This document shows positions 57,191-64,000 of a stretch of DNA of 64,000 nucleotides, piece after piece. A program made the translations under genes and the position numbers. How positions within the stretch are numbered: the first letter of the stretch is position 1; each line of letters starts with the position of its first letter. The notes beneath the pieces were generated by a model. That model did no database searches, was not told where the DNA came from, and saw nothing but the letters and a program-made list of their open reading frames with translations. Location of the stretch: positions 13,144,001 to 13,208,000 of the forward strand of contig OZ024748.1 of the NCBI GenBank assembly GCA_964016885.1. Reading direction: 5' to 3'. The DNA comes from Eledone cirrhosa. Lineage: Eukaryota.

Positions 57191-57208
57191 ATATATACAC
57201 ACATACAT

Positions 57209-57905
<697 letters not shown>

Positions 57906-58011
57906 TTCGTTATATATATATATATATATACGTAGAGAGAGAGATGGATAGATAGATAAATAGGAAGGTGGGTAGATAGCCATATAGCTAGATAGATAGA
58001 TAGCTAGATAG

Positions 58012-58055
<44 letters not shown>

Positions 58056-58057
<2 letters not shown>

Positions 58058-58468
58058 AAAGTTATATTTAAATTGTTGGGTTACAACTAGTAAATATTTA
58101 TAACTGATATAAAAGCACTCAACAAGTATTTGGAGTATATTTACGATATTAAATAAATGGAAACTATATTTATAAAACCATATTTATTTCATTATATATA
58201 TTTCAGGGATATCATATTAACAATATGTTATGCCTTCTTCAGACAAAATACAATATAGACAGTTTTATAGATAAATAGATTTGACATACCGTTCAACATC
58301 GACTTGTATTTGAAAAATCAACTTTTTCAAATACAAGTCGATGTTGAACGGTATGTCAAATCTATTTATCTATAAAACTGTCTATATTGTATTTTGTCTG
58401 AAGAAGGCATAACATATTGTTAATATGATATCCCTGAAATATATATAGTTTCCATTTATTTAATATCG

Positions 58469-58470
<2 letters not shown>
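58056..58470. mobile_element. Family G fold-back element
   Basis: Near-perfect inverted arms 58142-58317 / 58323-58470 between (TA)n tracts. Confidence 0.9.
58185..58250 (-). ncRNA. Minimal type I hammerhead motif with intact core, family G (+ copy at 58390-58447 lacks the 3' stem I strand)
   Basis: Minus: TATTTTGT-CTGAAGA-AGGCATAACATATT GTT AATATGATATCCCT-GAAA-TATATA-TA-ATGAAATA. Confidence 0.7.
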
Positions 58471-58512
<42 letters not shown>

Positions 58513-59185
58513 CGTACTCGTGGTCTTCGCGATATTCCTACTGCAGTCATCCAATTCATACAAATTTATTCACATACTCAACACTCAACACACAGAGTCA
58601 TTTCATATCTTATCATATCCTATATATCTGTGTGATGTTGTTGTTGAAGTTATTGTTATTGTCCCTGTATTTGTTATTATCATTCTTGTTGTAGTTGCTG
58701 TTGTTTTAGCTTTAGTCCTCGTTATCGTTGTTGTAACTAATGAACAACGCCCTAATATCCAACCATATATAAATTAGAAAAAAAAAAAATCAAAGTAAAA
58801 AACAAAAGAATTTAATGTGATAAATGAAAAACCAAAAAAAAATATTCAAACAACAAAAAATAAAAAAATTATTATATAAAATAAAAAAATATAAAACCAG
58901 CAAAAAAAATACTAAAACTGATAATAAATTAAAGTAAAACAAAAAAGTAGACAAGAAATTGCTATAAATAGTAGAGAGGCACCATTGATCTGATAGGGAA
59001 GTGTGTCTGGGAGAGAAGCACAGAGAAGGGGGAGAGGAATATTAGTTGGAACTGATTACCTTCGTTGGTGACACATTACGACAGGCACCACCATCACCAC
59101 CACTACCAGCCTCGGCACTACCATCACCACAACCGCCGCCACCATCAACACCTTCGCCATCACCACCACCACTACCTTCACCAAC

Positions 59186-59580
59186 GCACTGGGGTCGATT
59201 TGATCGAAAAGTTGGCCTTGTGCCTCTATAAAAAACCATTAGCTGTAAAACAAGGTCGGACGCCATCTTTTACAGCAAAGAGTTACGGCCCTTTATGGTC
59301 TGAGTTCAAATCCCGCAGAGGTTAACTTTGTCTTTCATCCTTACCGGGTCGATAAAATAAAGTACCAGTAATACACTGGGATAATTGCTGGCCTTGTGCC
59401 AAAAGTAGAAACAATTATTACGTTAGCAAAGCTAACCTCCTTCCGGGGTTACCTCTGTCCTTCATCCTTACGGGGTCAATAAAATAAAGTACCAGTAACG
59501 TACTGGCGTCGATATAACCGACAAACCGCGCCCCCCCAACAAATTGTTGGTCTTCTGCCTAAATCAGAAGCCATTATTAT
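59186..59580 (+). mobile_element. Tandem SINE fragments (three pieces)
   Basis: Consensus matches at 59186-59240, 59253-59420 and 59455-59580. Confidence 0.8.
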
Positions 59581-60191
59581 TGTGGTCGTTGTTGATGTTG
59601 GTGGTGGTGGTGTTGTTGTTTTTGTTGTGTTTGTTGTTGTTGTTGCTGTTGTTATTGTAGTTGTGTTAGTATTATCATCATAAATAGCTAAATAAAGATC
59701 GAATTACCGTACTGTATTGCTGCTGACGAGCATCGAATACAGACGAAACCATACCAGATTTATCACCCTTCTTGGTGTTTGGCAATAAAAATGAAATAAC
59801 ATTGGCTACCATGAACTATCTTTTCTTTATTCTTTGTTTTTACTACACATCTAAATAGAGTTGATATTGTATGATAAATACATTAACCCAACAGATGACG
59901 TCACCTATATTAATAGTTGAATTTGCTGGAATGTAAACGAATATCCAGCAATATCCGGCCTTATTCGGATCATGTCCGGTAAGCTCCGGCAATATTCAGT
60001 AGAATCGTAGACATTGGCAACAATAGGGCAAGGAAAGGTAGACGAAATACAGTAGGGGTTGGGTAGGTGGGTGTTGTTATCAGGGGAGATAATTAGAACA
60101 GGTTACAATCTCCTACTGTACTTATCCAAGTGAATCAGAGGAAATTGAAATTATTTTTGGATTAGGGTGACAGTGTGGCTAAACTGGAACG

Positions 60192-60249
<58 letters not shown>

Positions 60250-60279
60250 CGCGCACATTTGCAGAGTGGCATATATATA

Positions 60280-60429
<150 letters not shown>

Positions 60430-60708
60430 GTGTGTATAAAAGTGGGTATGCCAGGGTAATTATCTATCGCTGTATGTATATGCATATATATATGTATATA
60501 TATATATATACATACACACATTCATACATACATATATACATACACAAAATCCAGGTCAGCTTCAGATTTGCACTACACAAAATAAATAACACAACTTAGT
60601 CCATAACTCCATATAACAAAATACGTTATTCATATACGTATATAGATATATATATATATATATATATATACATACATACATACATACATACATACATACA
60701 TACATACA

Positions 60709-60806
<98 letters not shown>

Positions 60807-61046
60807 GTGTGAACTTTATGTTGAATTATAAATCCATACTCATTGAATCATTGAGTCAATGGGTGTTTCAGTGTCAGTGTATTAGTTTTAATATGCAGAC
60901 GATCTGGAGTCAGAGAGATAGAGGCAGAAATCTTCTAGAATCTGATCATATACGAGGATTGATGGAATCATGTGAATGTGTATGTTACACACACTCATAT
61001 ATCCATACAAATATATACACGGACGCATTCACACACACGCACACAA

Positions 61047-61169
<123 letters not shown>

Positions 61170-61230
61170 TATATATTTACATATACACACATATAGACAC
61201 ACGCAATCACGTAAACACACAGACACAATG

Positions 61231-61274
<44 letters not shown>

Positions 61275-61286
61275 GTATATGTGTGA

Positions 61287-61320
<34 letters not shown>

Positions 61321-62204
61321 GTATATATATATATATATATATATATATTTGCATACACTCACAAGCACATTTATAAACATTTATATATATATATATACAT
61401 ATACACACACATACAGACACCCTCCCACAAACACACAAACACACACACGTACAAACACACACACGCACATACGTACAGAAAGAGAGAGAGAGAGAGAGAG
61501 ACAGACGTCATAAACCTAGTAACGATGCTGTAACTCCTTAATAAAACAACACACAGGGGTGTTGTCCCCCAATTAGGGACAAACTCTCAGTCACCATCTA
61601 TTTTATTAAAAAAAAATCTGCCACCATTTTCTATTTGTTTTTTCCTATGTATCATCTTTTATGTTTCTTTCATTCTTTCTCTCATTCCTACATTTTCCTC
61701 CTCATTCGTTTGTACCTTATTCTTTTTTGTTATTTTTCCTTCATTTCTATCATTCATTTTTACGTTCTTTCCATCTTCCTTCATTTATTTTTTACTCTCT
61801 TTCTTGTTGTCATTTTTTTCTTCATCTAATCCATTCGTCTTTCTTTATTTAACTATTGCATTTCTCTTTCTTTCTGTCTTTATTCTTTCTTCCTTTATTT
61901 CATTCGTTTTTCATCCTTTCATAATTTCATTCGTCTTCTTTCTTTCCGTCTATCTGTTTTTCTTTATTTATTTCCTTCATCTTTCTTTCTGTGTTATATC
62001 GTTTTACTTTTAAAACATTTTTTCTAATTCTTCAATCAGCCATTTTTTAAAAAGAATTCTTTCCTTCGCTGTTTCATTCTTTTACGTTCTTCCATTTTAT
62101 CGTTCTTGTTCTCGCACATTCTCTAATCCTCCATGTCTTTCTTCTCTTCTTCCTTTCTCATTTTTTCTTATTTTTCTTTCTTTTCTTTTTAATACGTAAT
62201 TATA

Positions 62205-62242
<38 letters not shown>

Positions 62243-62263
62243 ACACACAAACACACGCATATA

Positions 62264-62334
<71 letters not shown>

Positions 62335-63160
62335 CTCTTATTTCTATATTGCATTGTTTTTCTTCTTTCTTATTCATTTCATTCTCTTCCTATTTCGGTA
62401 TTTGTTTTTGCTTTTTTTCTTTCACTCTTTTTCTTTCATTAATCAATTCCTGTTTTCTTTCTTTCGCTAATTCTCTTAGAATCTTACAATCTTTCTCGCC
62501 CCCCTCTCCTTTTCTCACTCTCTTTCTCTCGCTCTCTCTCTTTCCCTCTCTCGCTCTTTCTCTCTCTCTCTCACTCTATCTCTCTTTCTATCTCTATCCC
62601 CCCTCTCTCTCTCTCTATATATATATATCTTTCTCTCTCTCTCTATATATATCTATCTATCTATCTATATATATCTTTCTCTCTCTCTATATATATATCT
62701 ATCTATCTATCTATCTATATCTTACACACACACTCCACATCACATTTCTCTCTCTCTCTCTTTCTCATCCTTTCTTTTTCTCGTATATATACAAACACAT
62801 GCTCACATGTAGTTGTGTATGTGTTTATATGGGTGTGCGCGCTTGTTGGCATGTATGTATGTATGTATGTATGTATGTATGTATGTATGTATGTATGTAT
62901 ATATGCATGTATGTATGTATGCATGTATATATGTATGTATGTATGTAAGTATGCATGCTTGTGCATATGTGCAAGCAGTTGGACATGTGTGTGCATATGT
63001 TCAGTTATGTATGCATATGTATGTATATATATGTGTGTACATTTGTGAGTGTTTCTATGTGTGTTACTGGACACATCTCCATGCATGTGTGTGTATGTAT
63101 TTGTGTAACTGTTTTTGCATACACGTGTACATAGTATATATATATATGTGTGTGTGTGTG

Positions 63161-63260
<100 letters not shown>

Positions 63261-63616
63261 GATATTTTGAAGAAGTGTTCCCGTCTAGTGGAGGGTCAAA
63301 TGTTAGTCATGTGACGAGGTGTCGTTAACGTTATCATCATTAGTCAAGCGAAAGACATGTACGGTGTTCCCTAAGGACAATAAAAAGCATATTTCTGCAC
63401 CATTAGATAGAGAGTAGGAATATTGTAGCTTGTAAATAAATAATAGAGTTGCATTACCTAGCACCTGACACTGCACAACCTTGTAAATGCTTCGTTGAGA
63501 TGTGCTACACAGCAGAGGGGTGGAAAACACAGGTATTTTTGAATATGTGGTATTAAGTTCGACATCTCAGTGAACCATGTTACTTTCATATTAATTACCA
63601 ATTACCATTAAAATGA

Positions 63617-63850
63617 GACACGTGGCCTAATGCGAAGGGTATTGGACGTCTGATCGTCATGTGGGGGTTCGATTTCTGGGCTGGGTTGCGTGTTGTGTTC
63701 TTGAGTAAAAACACTTCATTTCATAACAGTTCCAGTATACTCATCTGAAAATGAGTAGCAGCAATAGCTGGGGTTTAAACCCTACAAAGGACTGGAGGAA
63801 GTCTTGTACTCTCAGTCACTTCATGCCATGAAAGCACCTGCTCTACTCGC
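63617..63850 (+). mobile_element. tRNA-headed SINE, second family (CORE-like body)
   Basis: A box TGGCCTAATG, B box GGTTCGATT, then GTTGTGTTCTTGAG.AA.ACACTTCATTTCA...CCAGT..ACTCA.CTG..AATGAGTA. Confidence 0.6.
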
Positions 63851-64000
63851 TGCATGCAACGCACGAGGGCATGCATCTTTGCATGCATTAAAAGGAGGAG
63901 AAAAATTGGGTTTTCCACTTTGTTTACTTAAACGTGTGTTTTTTATTTTATTACCAAGTTTCAAAATCGATAATCCAATTGCTATTGGATATTTTTTATG

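Noticed and set aside
59718-59760. CTGACGA...GAAAC hammerhead-like boxes
   Set aside because: Stem II and stem I do not pair in register and it is not in a TA island; likely chance.

Overview
Eukaryotic (animal) genomic DNA, AT-rich and dominated by microsatellites ((TA)n, (CA)n, (GA)n, (TAGA)n, (GAT)n, (GGT)n). The repeat make-up and the SINE family suggest an octopus or other coleoid cephalopod; that is an inference from recall, not a search. I cannot support any host protein-coding gene: almost every ORF in the track is a microsatellite artefact. The only clear protein homology is a scrambled RTE-type non-LTR retrotransposon remnant at 55.5-56.5 kb. The window also holds about 20 copies or fragments of a tRNA-derived SINE, a hAT-type MITE and several minisatellites. 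The main signal is non-coding. Many 100-400 bp islands embedded in (TA)n tracts, often folded back as inverted repeats, carry type I hammerhead ribozyme (HHR) motifs. By eye I find about 9 sequence families (labelled A-I here) and over 20 complete, degenerate or half motifs. They include several intact cores, a family with a U3-A8 compensatory core and a family with a fixed U4A core. The architecture fits non-autonomous Penelope-like (pLTR) or retrozyme-like elements targeting (TA)n, although no Penelope ORF is present. All folds were done by hand and none is experimentally tested.
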